Shown: one piece after another, positions 23,216 to 36,710 of the stretch | Numbering within the stretch: the stretch's first letter is position 1 | Layout of the letters: the number at the start of each line of letters is the position of its first letter | Origin: Octopus bimaculoides | Lineage: Eukaryota | Assembly: GCF_001194135.2 (NCBI RefSeq) | Contig: NC_068987.1 | Coordinates: forward strand, 102,319,771-102,369,471 | DNA: 49,701 bases | Reading direction: 5' to 3' | Notes under the pieces: model-generated | Databases searched by the model: none | Seen by the model: the letters and a program-made list of their open reading frames with translations, nothing else | What the model was told of the DNA's origin: nothing | Program-made: the position numbers and the translations under genes

Positions 23216-24344
23216 GTCGTATAAAATATAGATCCAGAGGATAGTATGGCTATCCCCGAATTTCTTATAACGGACTCGGCTATCAGTCAACATTCCAATC
23301 CAATACAAATTAATGTAATGCGGAATGTCCCCGCAGCTGAAATCCATTGATATCTATCGTAGGAAGTCAGAAGGTATGAGAGTGAAATGTATTTACTTAT
23401 TACTACATGAAAAAGTCTGCGTAACGGCCGTAATCCTAAGGACCTCAAAGAAATATTTACCATCAATTGAATATATTCATAACTCATACCTGGTGACTTT
23501 TTACAGATTATATATANNNNNNNNNNNNNNNNNNNNNNNNNNNNNNNNNNNNNNNNNNNNNNNNNNNNNNNNNNNNNNNNNNNNNNNNNNNNNNNNNNNN
23601 NNNNNNNNNNNNNNNNCACACACACACACACACACACAACGATTTCCATGCATGTGTGTGACTAAATTTGTAAAAGTGATAAAAATGGAATAAATATATG
23701 CAATAAAGTCTTCATTCATTTAAACGAATCATAGGCTTCCGTTCATTGCTATTTGAAATTCGCGTTTCCTTTCGTCACAGGTTAACGTTTAATACAGCGT
23801 AGCGACAAAGGAAAATATCTGCTTTGAACATATGACTATATAATATTATATAACCGACGTAACTACGCCATGTTTATAGACACTACTCGCCTTTATTTTC
23901 GAGAACAGAAAACTGTACATATGGAAATTTAAGTGCATGAATGTTACCACACGCACTAACACACACATATGCATATATGTATGAATATATGTATATGCAT
24001 ATATGCATAGGCAAATTTTAAAATGCATGCGTGATTATTATATCACAATAAAGTTTTTTGCGTATCCGTCACGCATCAAGTACTAATCCCATTCTCCATT
24101 ACCTAGCACCCACTTTATTTGAATTCTTAGCTTATGTCTCTCAAAATACATCTCTTTTTCCCCTCCCTTTCCAATATACATATTACATTTTTTCGTTTTA
24201 TTTTTACTCACGCTTTGGATTACGTTCATAGTATATATTTCTAAATATGTATAGAGAATCGCACGCACTAACACACATTCATAAATTCATATACGTACAG
24301 AGAAACATACCAGCTTCATACACACACGCATACTCTCTCTATCT

Positions 24345-24375
<31 letters not shown>

Positions 24376-24398
24376 ACACACACACCCACACATATACA

Positions 24399-24480
24399 CG
24401 AAACGTAAGACAGCCATTCTTTCCTACCCTGAGCGTCTGATAATACTTTACATGGACCACGTTCTCGCATTGTTTTTACC
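24399..24480 (+). repeat. Second, 5'-truncated copy of the 22865 repeat
   Basis: CGAAACGTAAGACAGCCATTCTTTCCTACCCTGAGCGTCTGATAATACTTTAC aligns with the reverse complement of 22880-22965. Confidence 0.7.
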
Positions 24481-24519
24481 TTGTGTTTGTCGTTCGTTTC
24501 TTTTGGGATTTAGTATATG

Positions 24520-24550
<31 letters not shown>

Positions 24551-25536
24551 NNNNNNNNNNNNNNNNNNNNNNNNNNNNNNNNNNNNNNNNNNNNNNNNNN
24601 NNNNNNNNNNNNNNNNNNNNNNNNNNNNNNNNNNNNNNNNNNNNNNNNNNNNNNNNNNNNNNNNNNNNNNNNNNNNNNNNNNNNNNNNNNNNNNNNNNNN
24701 NNNNNNNNNNNNNNNNNNNNNNNNNNNNNNNNNNNNNNNNNNNNNNNNNNNNNNNNNNNNNNNNNNNNNNNNNNNNNNNNNNNNNNNNNNNNNNNNNNNN
24801 NNNNNNNNNNNNNNNNNNNNNNNNNNNNNNNNNNNNNNNNNNNNNNNNNNNNNNNNNNNNNNNNNNNNNNNNNNNNNNNNNNNNNNNNNNNNNNNNNNNN
24901 NNNNNNNNNNNNNNNNNNNNNNNNNNNNNNNNNNNNNNNNNNNNNNNNNNNNNNNNNNNNNNNNNNNNNNNNNNNNNNNNNNNNNNNNNNNNNNNNNNNN
25001 NNNNNNNNNNNNNNNNNNNNNNNNNNNNNNNNNNNNNNNNNNNNNNNNNNNNNNNNNNNNNNNNNNNNNNNNNNNNNNNNNNNNNNNNNNNNNNNNNNNN
25101 NNNNNNNNNNNNNNNNNNNNNNNNNNNNNNNNNNNNNNNNNNNNNNNNNNNNNNNNNNNNNNNNNNNNNNNNNNNNNNNNNNNNNNNNNNNNNNNNNNNN
25201 NNNNNNNNNNNNNNNNNNNNNNNNNNNNNNNNNNNNNNNNNNNNNNNNNNNNNNNNNNNNNNNNNTATATGCATATAAATTTCCTTGCTTCTAGCGATCT
25301 CTCCTCTGCAAGTATAATAGCCCAATGAGATTTCAGACTTGGTGACATCATATATGATGAAGTATGTCTCACCCCCATCTCTCCCAAAGATTTCCGTCCA
25401 TCAACGTAGAATGCTTGATGCCATAAAGGCGGCGTTTTCGTCCGTAATCTACATTAGCTACAACTTTATGGGCGCTATGCAAAGCATTTGATGTAATGAA
25501 TAACTCACTTGCATCATATATATATAATATTGTGCC

Positions 25537-25570
<34 letters not shown>

Positions 25571-25771
25571 TATATGTATGCATGAATGAAAGTATATGTG
25601 TATGTGTGTGTATACATATCTATATGTATATATATATATATGCTTATATATATACATACATATATGTGCATGCGCGTGTGTGTATGTGTGGTGTGTAAGT
25701 GTACATATGTATGTTTATTTATGTATATGTGTGCATTACACACAGACACACACACACACACACACACTCAC

Positions 25772-25804
<33 letters not shown>

Positions 25805-25827
25805 TATATATATATATNNNNNNNNNN

Positions 25828-25919
<92 letters not shown>

Positions 25920-28429
25920 ATGCATATAAGGTCATGACTATATGTCTATATCTCTGTTTATATATGTAGGCACATTTATGATTGAAGGTGTTGTGAGTGT
26001 TTGTATATGCGGGTCTTTATTTCCTATTTCCTCTTATAATTATTCGAATTCTTCCAACAAGTTGGAAAGCTTCATCGCTGGAATTCGAATAATAACCACG
26101 AATAACCATACTGAAGGTTTAGAAAATTATTGCATTTTTTTTTTCTTATTCCACTTGCAGATTTTATTCGTAAGGTGCGTGCTAGCTAGTAATTTTGTTT
26201 GCGTTAGCGTCCTAGCTTTTCTAGCTTGTTACTTAGACGTGTACTAACATAGTCACGTGCATGAGCAATTATTATTGTAAATGTGAATTTATAATCAGGG
26301 TGGAGAAGTTTTCCGAGCAATATTCCATAAATTTTCTCTTTCTCTCTTATTTTGTAAGAAATGTTCACATCCGCTGATCAGCTGACCTCTGTGACTCTAC
26401 TGAATTTTTATTCCCTGTCTCCATCTACTCCATCAGTACACATACGTTTGCATTTGGCAGACATTTTGATGGAAATTTTCTCCAATATTCATTGTGTTGA
26501 TATGTATGTCAGTAACAGATTTCATTATCTATTTTCATCGTAGGATACCCTTTCGAACTGACGTTGTGTATCTTTTTAGCAACAGCGTGTGCCATTGTGG
26601 ACTATACATTTTGGGCAGATACTGATCACATGCATTCTGTCTCCATACATCTTAGGATTTATTGGTTTCTTTGACTCCATTCTATATTAGATATTACACA
26701 GTTGTCTCTAGTTTTTGAATTACAGAAGTATAGCAGTCGATATACAGCGCAATATTTCACTCACAATATCATGGAGAATGTATTTGATCGAAATTTTTGT
26801 CTTTGATATATTTTTTTTAAAATTCAGTTATGTGTATCAATTAATTTAATTAACTTTTATAAATAATTTCGCATTGATCTTTTTTTTTTTTCATAATTTT
26901 TCACTTTATTCGTTTCTTTTGAAAATGGGAATGTTTTAAGTTTCATATATGGATAAAGAGCAGGATATATTTATTCAATGTTGTTTACCGGGTAGATGGC
27001 TCCAGATTTTCTGTAATTGTAACTTATCACGATTAAAAAATAAAAATGTATCTTCTTGATTCGCAATTCTTATTTCCATTAAATTTGATCTCTTATCCAT
27101 TTTATAATTCTATGGACTTCAATGAAACCAAACATACCGCTACTGTGGATTTCATATTTTAGTAGCGAAAAAATTTTTCTTCCGATGTCATTATGGCTTT
27201 ATTTAAAAGCCATTTAAAATTAGTTAGAAGTTAGTTAAAATTAATATTCTGTGACCCTTTTATAGTTTTTTCTCAGATTCGGTTTTAGTAGAGCCGAAAA
27301 ATATTGTTTAATGATACCGAAAACGCGATTTCTGAGTATACAAGTAGCTATTAGCAAAATAATTATATTTGTGTTAAAATTTCTTCTTAATTAAGCATTT
27401 GGAGTTTGTTTTGAATTGTTAAGACTTTCGTTTATCTTAATTTTTAAAGCAATATTTTACGTTCTTCTAGCTATATGCCTTCTGTAACTGAATTTATAGC
27501 TATTGTAAATAAGCATCTTTCTGTATTGAGATATCATATGTAATTATTGATATGATCTAAAAGAACATAGATAGTGTTATGTACTTGCTTCATTGAGGTA
27601 GGGATAGATTAGTCGCAATGACTTAATTTTCCTTAATTAGTAGAATATTAAAAAAGTAAAAGTTCCACTTCATTTTTGTTGGTATCTTGAGCGACTCGGG
27701 ACTCATGAAATCTTGTAACTTCCCTATGTTTCTATTCCAAAATTTAAGACATTCACCGTAGTATATCTTCCGATCTTATATCAAATAATCTGCGTAAAAT
27801 TTACTCTTCTCATTGTCAACCCTAATTTTTCTACGATACTTGAAATTTTTCAAACGTTAATTAAAAAATTAAATGGGGGGGGGGTCTGTTAGAATGGCAA
27901 TACTTTACATTTGAAATTAACATTGATTGCCAAGAGTGAAATTGAAATAGTTCTTCTCTCACCAATTGCATCTCTTCTACAAGGATTTTGGCTGGTAATC
28001 TTTCCTAAATTATTTGTTTCTATTTATATATCTTGATTTCATCCTAATATAGCTTTGATTCGCGCGTGATAATTGTATAGAACCTGGTTGCACCAAAATT
28101 TACTACAATGTGATGCATAATATCCACATATCCTCTAATGAAATAAAGAAGCAATTTGTATGTTTTCAATGTAACTATCCAGTAAACTGAATACTTGATT
28201 CCATACCTTCGAAAATTGAGGTAATTTCTAATTTGACGGTTTGGGTATCTTCATGTATGATGAATGACGGTCTTGTTTTAAATACTATGTTTAAAGTTTG
28301 TTAAGTTAACTGTTAACGTTCAGATAATTGAATAGTAATAACGTGATTGCTCGAGGGTGGGACTCGAGCAGCAGCGTTCATCTTCATTTGTACATTTCAT
28401 TTCATTCATCGTTTTTTTATGTACCTATA

Positions 28430-28500
28430 TGTATTCTCTTTGTGTGTCCTTGTACGGTCCCCTCTATATTTAGCCCCTTGTGGGCAATAAAAGGAATCAT
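28430..28500 (+). mobile_element. SINE 3' fragment
   Basis: TTTGTGTGTCCTTGTACGGTCCCCTCTATATTTAGCCCCTTGTGGGCAATAAAG resembles a recalled octopus SINE tail. Confidence 0.55.
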
Positions 28501-28504
28501 TAGC

Positions 28505-28680
28505 TCACTCGCTCCATCAAATTCACGTTGCCTGAACAGGTGTAAAATGTACCACGCATCAGGTGTCGAAGTAATCACCGAACAACGTGCGATGAGGTGT
28601 ATTGATCAAGAACAGAACGGGCCGCTCGGTCTAGAATTGAAACCATGATCTTGCCCTAACTACTAAGCCATGCACCGACA
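28505..28680 (-). mobile_element. tRNA-derived SINE head, family C
   Basis: Minus strand: GGTGCATGGCTTAGTAGTTAGGG (A box) ... GGTTTCAATTCTAGACCGAGCGG (B-box-like) ... GTTCTTGATCAATACAC. Confidence 0.65.
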
Positions 28681-30599
28681 TTCCTCAAATCCTATAATGT
28701 TAGATTTAAATAATCCTACACTATATCATTGAAATTGCTGTTGATCTCAGTATTTCGATAACTGTTGGTTCTGCTGTTTTTATTACCATTATATTATCAC
28801 TTTTTGTAATACCATTCATGAAATCTATTTGTCTATTATACGTTTCGTTCATTATTCAGTATATCTTTCTTTATTAATTTTTCAGGAATCTTTTTGAAGA
28901 TTTTCCAATATTCTTTTGCACTTCTCAATATTTGATTCTATATAATTTGCTCAAATGTTTAAGCTGTTGATCTATTTAGCCATGTTATATATTTCTAAAT
29001 CTAAGGTTTAAATCGGGGTTTTTATTTTCATATCTAACAAGTCTTCGCAAATTTTATTTTTTTAAAATTTCCGTCATTAATTTTTCGTAAAACAATTTCT
29101 CAGTATCTTTTATCAGACAGTTGTATCGGATTTCGGTGCAGGGGCAAATGTTTTTTTTCTTTTTTTTACGTTTGAAGCAATTCAGTATAATTTTCATTTT
29201 TTGAATAGTTCATATCTCCATCCGATTTTTACTTGAAACTGTTGGCTTTGCCGTTTTAATATATCAGAAAGAAAGTTCTCAATTGTTGGTGTATCTAGGA
29301 ACAATATCGTACCGTTTCCCTTTGTTTGTGAATTTCTGAAATGTACCACCTTATTAGTTTAGTGGGTTTATTCTGGCTTGTTCTTCAATAATTATTGCTT
29401 CAAAATGGGTTCTTACTTAAGGACTTGGGCACAACTCGTACAAATGGAAATAAATCATTGGATCACCGTCAGTTTCGGAGAACGGCTACATCTGAACGGA
29501 TAACACTTGTCTGACGTTTGGTCCCAGTTTGTTTTGCCTCCTGGACTCTTTCAAGAAGCGTATCGATTCTATCAAGTTTAGCGTTCTTCAGAGAGCTTTT
29601 TGGTATTTTATCATCAATCTTCATTACTTCCTATTGGTTAATTATTTTCATACCCCTATAGCAATAAGTTATTGTGTTCCATATAACTTATTCGACTTTC
29701 TTTCATCTCTTTGTATAAGTAAAAAATTTGTTCCCATGTCTGTATTTGTTCTTTTAATTATTTCTTCCTGCAACTTACCATCATGTTTCTCAAGTTTAGT
29801 TTTGAATTTATTTGCTCAGAGTCACAGTAGTTTGTTTTCTGCTTGAGATTTCTAAAGTACGAAGGTTATTCTAATTTTAGTTTTCACGTTTTTATCTTAT
29901 TTCCGTGATATGGCATTTGCGTGGAAAATAACTTGCTGTCAGCCATTTCATTTTCTCGTATGTATCTGCCAATTTTTCATTCCTAAGTACATTCCAGCAC
30001 GCTTTCTTTTTTTATTTAATTTTCTATTCCAGATACCTTTTGTTTCTGTGTGTATGCGATTCTTCAAGTATTCCATTCTTCAAAAATACTCTGTGCATCT
30101 GAATGTTTCGTTTCCTCTGGAATCACCGTAGCTTTTGCCGTGTCTGCAATATGCTTCGATATTCATAATATGTCTAGCTTATACCTTGATATATCTATGT
30201 GCTGTACCATTTCTAGAAAATTCCATGTATTAGTATCATTCAATCACCAATTTATCTAAACGTTTTTCATTCCACTTTCATACCAATTTCGCCCTTGTGA
30301 ATCTTATTCCGTTTTAATCTTAATCGCTTACCTATTTAAAGTAAAAGAATGATTTTGATAAAATCACTATTTTAAAACATTAAAAAAAAATTATTAAAAC
30401 ACATTCACTCTCTCCCCATAACTAATATAAAGAAAATCATTAATCGTTTTCGCCGATACACCAACGCTTCGGATAGTAAGGTTTGGATATAATAAAGATA
30501 GTTATCCATGACGTTGTTGTCAAGGCAATAGGGCCAAGATAGTGTTCGTTTTAATTGGCGAAAATATTTTAAAATCCTACCTGTAATCGACATGAGTTT

Positions 30600-31420
30600 G
30601 TGAAGAAATTTTCCGTCGCTCTACGCATCAATTATTCACGTATTTTCTTCGATTACAATAGCCATAACCAGGTGGAGGGACTACATGAAATTGCATGTTT
30701 TTTCGGAGACAAATATATAGACCAGGTCAATAAAGAGATAGAAAGACCAGTAAGTCTAGATACAATTGAAGAAGTTGACCATTCAGACTGGGCAGTTCTG
30801 ACGGTTAATGCAAAGAAAATTAACAATAAACAAAGAGTGTGTGCGAACATTTCAACTGGATTAAATTACTGTTTAGTCAAACACGATTATCCATCACCAA
30901 GCCCAGAAGTGTTATAAAAACTAAATGGAGGAAAAATGTTCTCAAAGTTAGACTTCTCGAAGAGCTATCTACAGATACAGGTAGAGGAAAGACTGCACAC
31001 ACCTTTTAACAATCAACACACCCCGTAGGTTGTACAAATTCAAGTGGCTTCCTTTTGGAGTAAAAGTGGCACTTGCTATATTGCAACAAGTGATGGACGC
31101 AATATTAAACTATTGCGACTCCGCTATCGCTTATCTCGATGAAATTTTGATACAAAGCGAGTCAGTGGAGAAACACTTCGAACATATTAAAAATGTTCGA
31201 ACATATTCGGAAAAATAAATGGATACGAGTTTAGACAAACAGAAGAAAAGTGTGAAGTTTTGATGAAAAAAAATCAGATGAATAGGTCAAATAATTGACG
31301 AAGGGGGACGAAAGCCAGACTCATCAATGGCAACAGCCAACCGAATATACCTACACAAACGAACGTAAAATTGTTACAAACATTTTTAGGCTTCGTAAAC
31401 TATGAAGTATGTATACCGAA
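30600..31420 (+). mobile_element. Ty3/Gypsy LTR-retrotransposon reverse transcriptase pseudogene fragment
   Basis: EEVDHSDWA...KQRVCANISTGLNYCL...YPSPSPEVL*KLNGGKMFSKLDFSKSYLQI...YKFKWLPFGVKVALAILQQVMD...AYLDEILI...LQTFLGFVNY. No LTRs identified. Confidence 0.92.
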
Positions 31421-33965
31421 CATACACAACACAGTTATAAAATCACTCAAATGCAATATTCTTGTGTCGGCCTAAATGCCGCAGTGAAATGGTCATAACA
31501 TCCAATAGCTGAGATGAGGATGTATCAAGGTCACAATAATTGCACTGAATGAGTTCTCGAAGAATTCTTAGAAGTATCTCGCATACACTGGATTTTCACA
31601 AGAAAGTATGCCCACTAATTGTTGAAGCCTTTCTCATAATAATTACACTTTCGTCTCTCTACTTTGAAGACAAATTAAATGCATACATCTACATCAGATG
31701 CAATCCTAGTAAGATGCAACAACTTTGAGTCACAGACATTACATCTACAGCTACTACAATTCCATTTTGACATTACAGATAGCATTCAATTTTGCAAGGG
31801 TATAATGTTCTTTCTACAAAAACGCTCCTGTAGAGAGATGCATACACATCCTACTCGTTTCTTCATAGTCGGTGCACTTGTAATACACACCCATTTGCAA
31901 CTTGAATATATGCATATAGTATTACGTTGTGTGTGTGACGGGTGTGTGTGTTGTCTGTGTGTGCATGAGTGTGTGTGCTTCTTGTGTGCATTTGCCTATA
32001 TATATATGTGTGTGTGTGTGTGTATTTTATGTCGGAGGAATGTTCACTGCATACTGCAGAGGACGTGTTATTTACCAAAACCGAAGCTAAGAGTGTTTCG
32101 TGAGACGAGCTCCACGTGACTCAGATTACTCTTTCGGCTATTGATGGCAGCGTTGCGAAACAAAATCTCAGCTTCTGTTTTAATAATAAAAAAAGAAAGC
32201 ACCGATACCTATACACACACACATACATATAAAATTTCGAGGTCATCTGCATAACCTTAAGACTCATTCATTTTAATTATAACTGCGACATTTATCTTTC
32301 CTTTATAATTATCTTACTATGAAGAATGAAAGCTCAAATCATATTTATATTTTATTGTGTACGATATATGTAGGTTGCCAGCAATTTTATTTATTAACTA
32401 ACAGAAACAGCAAACAACATCATTTTTATCCTTCAATGCCCATTATATTTAATTTTGAACGTATTTCTCTCGTCCGTGCATATGTGTAGAAATATGAATT
32501 TCGAAATGTGAAATATCGTTGAACTGTGTCAGTGACATAGTTGCAGATAATGGGGAAAAATATTCAAATCTTGTAATATGTAATATATGATTAAATAAAC
32601 TTAATAGTAGTTATGCTCATTTGAAAGAGTGAAATCAGCTATACATTTTGTAATTGCAAACTATTAACTGCTATCCTTCTTAAACGACAGTAAGCTTCAT
32701 TTCTAGTAGAACAATCACCAATGTATAGGCTTCTTCAACGGATAGGGCAATTAGTAAAATTGCTGCGGACTTAGACATAATTATTCATTAGGTCTATAAG
32801 GAATAATTTTATCTCTACTAGATATATAGCTAAATGTATATGTGTGTGCATGTGCGAGTGCTTTTGTGTGTGTGTGTGTGTGTGTGTGTTCAAATGAATC
32901 AGGAATTTAGATGGTAAGTCTCCGAGTCGGGTTGGAATATAAAATGTGTACACGACAAAAATAGAGGAATGTATATGTGATACCCGAAGTACCGGCAAAA
33001 AGATATTCAGGTTATGTACAAGATTACCTGTAACCGACTGAGTATACCATGGGGTACGTAAGCTTGGTGAAAGGTTTATTAAACTAAATCGTCTTATACC
33101 GTTTTAGGGTTAAGTGTGGGGAAGTTAAAGGTGTAGAGTTCAGTTCGACTAAGTATTCCAAGGGACTCACCAAACTTCCACTTAGCATGATTATAACTCC
33201 GATTTACTTCTTTAGTCACGAAGTTGGTACACATATTGATAGGGAAAGTATGCAATCTCCCAGTTTTATCGGAAAATACATGAGCATGCAGCAAATTTTT
33301 GATCCTGGAAATAGTCTGGGAAAGATCATTTTGGAGGGAGTTAGTCTGATGTGAGATTATTATATTCTCGATCATTTGTAGGAAAACCGTTTCAATACTA
33401 TACACGTTGGGGTTACAAGACGGGTATTTTTAGTAATTTGCGTTGTGGCAATCGTAATACAAAGAAGGCTGGGAAGTGTTAGATTTGTTATCATAGAAGC
33501 CATTGCATTTTCTGTAATAGTTGATAGTTGATAGATGTATGTAAATGAGTACGTGTGTGCATGTGCGTGCGTATCTGTACATCTCTGTGTGTTTATGTCA
33601 TCAATACCGAACTACCAACGAAACAATGATGTAACAAAATTTACAGAGATGATACAATTACAGGACTAAATATTACAGGAATCGATATAATTGACTCCAA
33701 ATGCAGTGCTCCAGCATGTTAGCGCGCTGTTCACCGATAGCAGTAAAGAGATAAAGCAAAAGAACAATGTCCTGTAAATGTTTCTGATTTAAGCATAAAC
33801 GTCAAGATTTATTAAATATAATTGGAGATTGAAATTTTGATATCTCCTTTTGCTAATAAATTTTCAAGTGGCTTAAATATTTCCAGAGCTATAACGATAT
33901 GTGTGTACATGTACATATATATATATATATATATATACATACATATACATATATATATATTAAAG

Positions 33966-34015
<50 letters not shown>

Positions 34016-34073
34016 ATGCGTGTGTGTGTGTGTGCATGTATGTATGTATACACACACACATATATTATATATA

Positions 34074-34287
34074 CGAGGTGTGCTGAAAAGTTCCTGGCTT
34101 TAATGGTATAGCGAAAAACTTGTGTGAAGCCGAACATTCCGAGTTCTTTTACAGGGCTTAGGAAAACTGAAGGACCGCTGCAATAAGAGTGTGAATCTAA
34201 TAGGGGAATACGTTGAATTAAAATACAATTAACTGATCCTCCTCTATTTTCTCGTAACTAAAGTCACGAACTTTTCAGCACACTCTG
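34074..34287 (+). mobile_element. 214-bp mariner-derived MITE with TIRs and TA target duplication
   Basis: TA|CGAGGTGTGCTGAAAAGTTCCTGGCTTT ... AAAGTCACGAACTTTTCAGCACACTCTG|TA. The interior encodes a mariner C-terminus remnant (LKDRCNKSVNLIGEYVE). Confidence 0.88.
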
Positions 34288-34310
34288 TATAGCACACACA
34301 AATGATATAT

Positions 34311-34467
34311 GCGCAGGAGTAGCCATTTAGGTTAGAAGTTTGCTTCCCAATCATGTTGATTTGTGTTCAATCTTATCGTGCAACAAATATGGCAAGTATC
34401 TTCTACGGTAGTTTCGGAGTGACCAACGCCTTATGAGTGGATTTTGTTGACGCAAATTAGAAAAGAT
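34311..34467 (+). mobile_element. tRNA-derived SINE, family A (5' part), diverged
   Basis: GCGCAGGAGTAGCC...AGAAGTTTGCTTCCCAATCATG...GCAAGTATCTTCTACGGTAG...GCCTTATGAGTGGATTTTG. Confidence 0.75.
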
Positions 34468-34614
34468 TATAATATATATATATATATAATAAAGTAAAGT
34501 TGTGGAATACCGTACGAGTGGAAATATATATGAAAGAAGGTTGGAAAATGCACTTATTTTAAAGATATTTATTCATTTAACCGGTTTCACTTTTTTAGAA
34601 AAAGATTATCAAAA

Positions 34615-34935
34615 GTCTTTGAGAATAATAGTAAATGTTAAAAAACAGTTTGAGTATTAAAATACATTTATACATTCTTTGATGATAATAAGAGGAATAT
34701 ATTTAAAGTATAAAGCTTTGTATGAGCTTTGTAGTGTTACATACTGATTATCACACATTCTCTGATAATTAGACGAAAATGTTTAAAACAGTGTAAGTAT
34801 GAAAATACATATATGGAAAAATACATATACATATTATTTGATAATAATAGAAAATGTTAGAAACAGTTTAAGTATCAAAATACATATATACATTCTTTGA
34901 TAATAATAATAACAATATGTTTGAAACAGTTTACA
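34615..34935. repeat. Degenerate AT-rich minisatellite, ~60-bp unit, about 4 copies
   Basis: Recurrent ATAATAGxAAATGTTxxAAACAGTTTxAGTATxAAAATACAT at about 34624, 34765, 34843 and (partial) 34905. Confidence 0.7.
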
Positions 34936-35494
34936 GCATTGTTATAACAAAAAGGATTTGGTAAAATATGTATATATATATACCCAGGAAATGTATTTAA
35001 GAGTTCGCAAAAAGTTGAGGAGGAACTGACCTAGCTTTTTTCTCTTGTCGGTATTGAGGGAATGTTTATATATATATNNNNNNNNNNNNNNNNNNNNNNN
35101 NNNNNNNNNNNNNNNNNNNNNNNNNNNNNNNNNNNNNNNNNNNNNNNNNNNNNNNNNNNNNNNNNNNNNNNNNNNNNNNNNNNNNNNNNNNNNNNNNNNN
35201 NNNNNNNNNNNNNNNNNNNNNNNNNNNNNNNNNNNNNNNNNNNNNNNNNNNNNNNNNNNNNNNNNNNNNNNNNNNNNNNNNNNNNNNNNNNNNNNNNNAT
35301 ATGTACATATATATTAGACTAGACTAGACTCTCGGTGACTCCTTGGGTCGCCGGGAGAGTCTGAGATTCCCAGCAACGGAGTTTTGTTTCGTGGATATGT
35401 TTTTCCTTTTCCACGTTATTTCGCACACTTTCGACGAATGTGACATCGGAATCACGTGTGAACGGCTCCTTTCCCCAGAAAAGGAAAGATTTAC

Positions 35495-35593
35495 CTGCTA
35501 TTTCTTGCACGCCCTGCTACCACGTAACAAGTATTTCGGGTTTTGTATCGCAAATAGCTGTTACATGATAGCAGGGCGTGCTAGAAATAGCAG
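35495..35593. other. 99-nt hairpin with 35-nt arms (3 mismatches)
   Basis: CTGCTATTTCTTGCACGCCCTGCTACCACGTAACA (35495-35529) versus TGTTACATGATAGCAGGGCGTGCTAGAAATAGCAG (35559-35593). Confidence 0.85.
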
Positions 35594-35990
35594 CCAAATC
35601 TTTGGAAGTGAGATACGTTGAATGAACTCGATAGAAATCTATGCAAAAAAAAAATATTCAGACCAAGGTTACGAACGAGTCTTTTACGAAATATTTACTG
35701 TTTTTCACTTTAAACTATTTTGCCCTTCATAACGTGTCTAATGGAAAGTTTAGAGTTTCTTTTCGGGGTTAAGCTATTTACGGATTATTTTCCCATTATG
35801 CAACGTTTTTGGTCTTTATGTCTCAAAACCCCGAATATCTCAATAACTACTGGTCCGATTTACGCGAAATTTGTTTTATTCCGTTTGTATTCACAGTTCA
35901 GGGGAATTTTACTTTAAAAGTATTTTCACATTATGCACCACTTTGGCTGTGTAAACTTGCAAGCAGGCAAGTAAGCAAGATTGAACTTCA

Positions 35991-36710
35991 TTTTTAAAGT
36001 ATTGTGTGTGTTAAAGACTATCTGTCAACACAATGTGGCAGTCCTACATAGGACAATGTTACTACTTTTTAGCCCCAGGAAAACATTTTTTTCTAGCTGG
36101 CTACCGTCACATGGTCTTTGTCAGTACACTGTGATCAAGGGAGTTTATTGTTCCCTTTCTAGCGTTAGCGATACCTGTAGGTCAATGGTTTCTGGGTTAT
36201 TTCCGTTCCTCTGTACTGGACAACAACCAGCTTGAGATGGCCGCCACTCGACCTTGTTCACACTATATACTTTTAAAACAACACACAGTCGTTGATCTCG
36301 TAAAGAGAAAAAACAATTTTTAAATCACTGAGCGAGAAATACGTAGTAACAGTACTGAACAGTAACGTCTATTTGCCAACGCAAATCTCTTTACGAGATC
36401 AGTAACTGTGTGTTAAGTAGCTGCCATCTCTAGCCTGCGATTGTCCTGTACCACGGAAGGGAAATAAACCAAGAACCAATGATGTACAGGTATCGATAAC
36501 GTTACAAAGCGTGCAATAAACTTCCTTGCCCATAGTATACGGACACAGATCATACGTCTGTAGACAGCTGGAAAAGATGTTTTCCTGGGACTAAAAAGTA
36601 GTAACATCGTCTTGTGTAAGACTGCCATATTATGTTGGCAAATAGACTTTACTCTTCGGTACTTTTACTACATATTTCTCGCTCAGAGATTTAAAACCAG
36701 TTGTTTTTCG

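Larger units (their letters stand above)
26330..30260 (-). mobile_element. Long (~4 kb), heavily decayed Penelope-like element, interrupted by SINEs
   Basis: Collinear minus-strand remnants: N-terminal region (about 29500-30260), FAPAPKSD (about 29140), DNMVIKTA (about 28790, similar to DNIVIKxADKG), YRRKIRV...KFYAD (about 27800), IARRT (about 27470) and HVISICPKC (about 26620, GIY-YIG-like). Many stops and frameshifts. Confidence 0.5.

Noticed and set aside
25270-25520. Mixed-composition block with short minus-strand peptides (FITSNALHSAHK..., HWAIILAEE)
   Set aside because: No convincing domain motif or splice context; cannot be assigned.
31430-31860. Possible RNase H continuation of the Gypsy relic (PLIVEA)
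   Set aside because: The similarity is too weak to extend the feature.
33050-33405. ORF 33094-33405(-) as a Penelope RT N-terminal relic
   Set aside because: Only vague resemblance (TNFVTKE); no diagnostic motif retained.
34580-34620. Minus-strand TTGATAA...GAAACCGGTT hammerhead-like relic
   Set aside because: Two core changes and only 2 bp of helix I; indistinguishable from chance.
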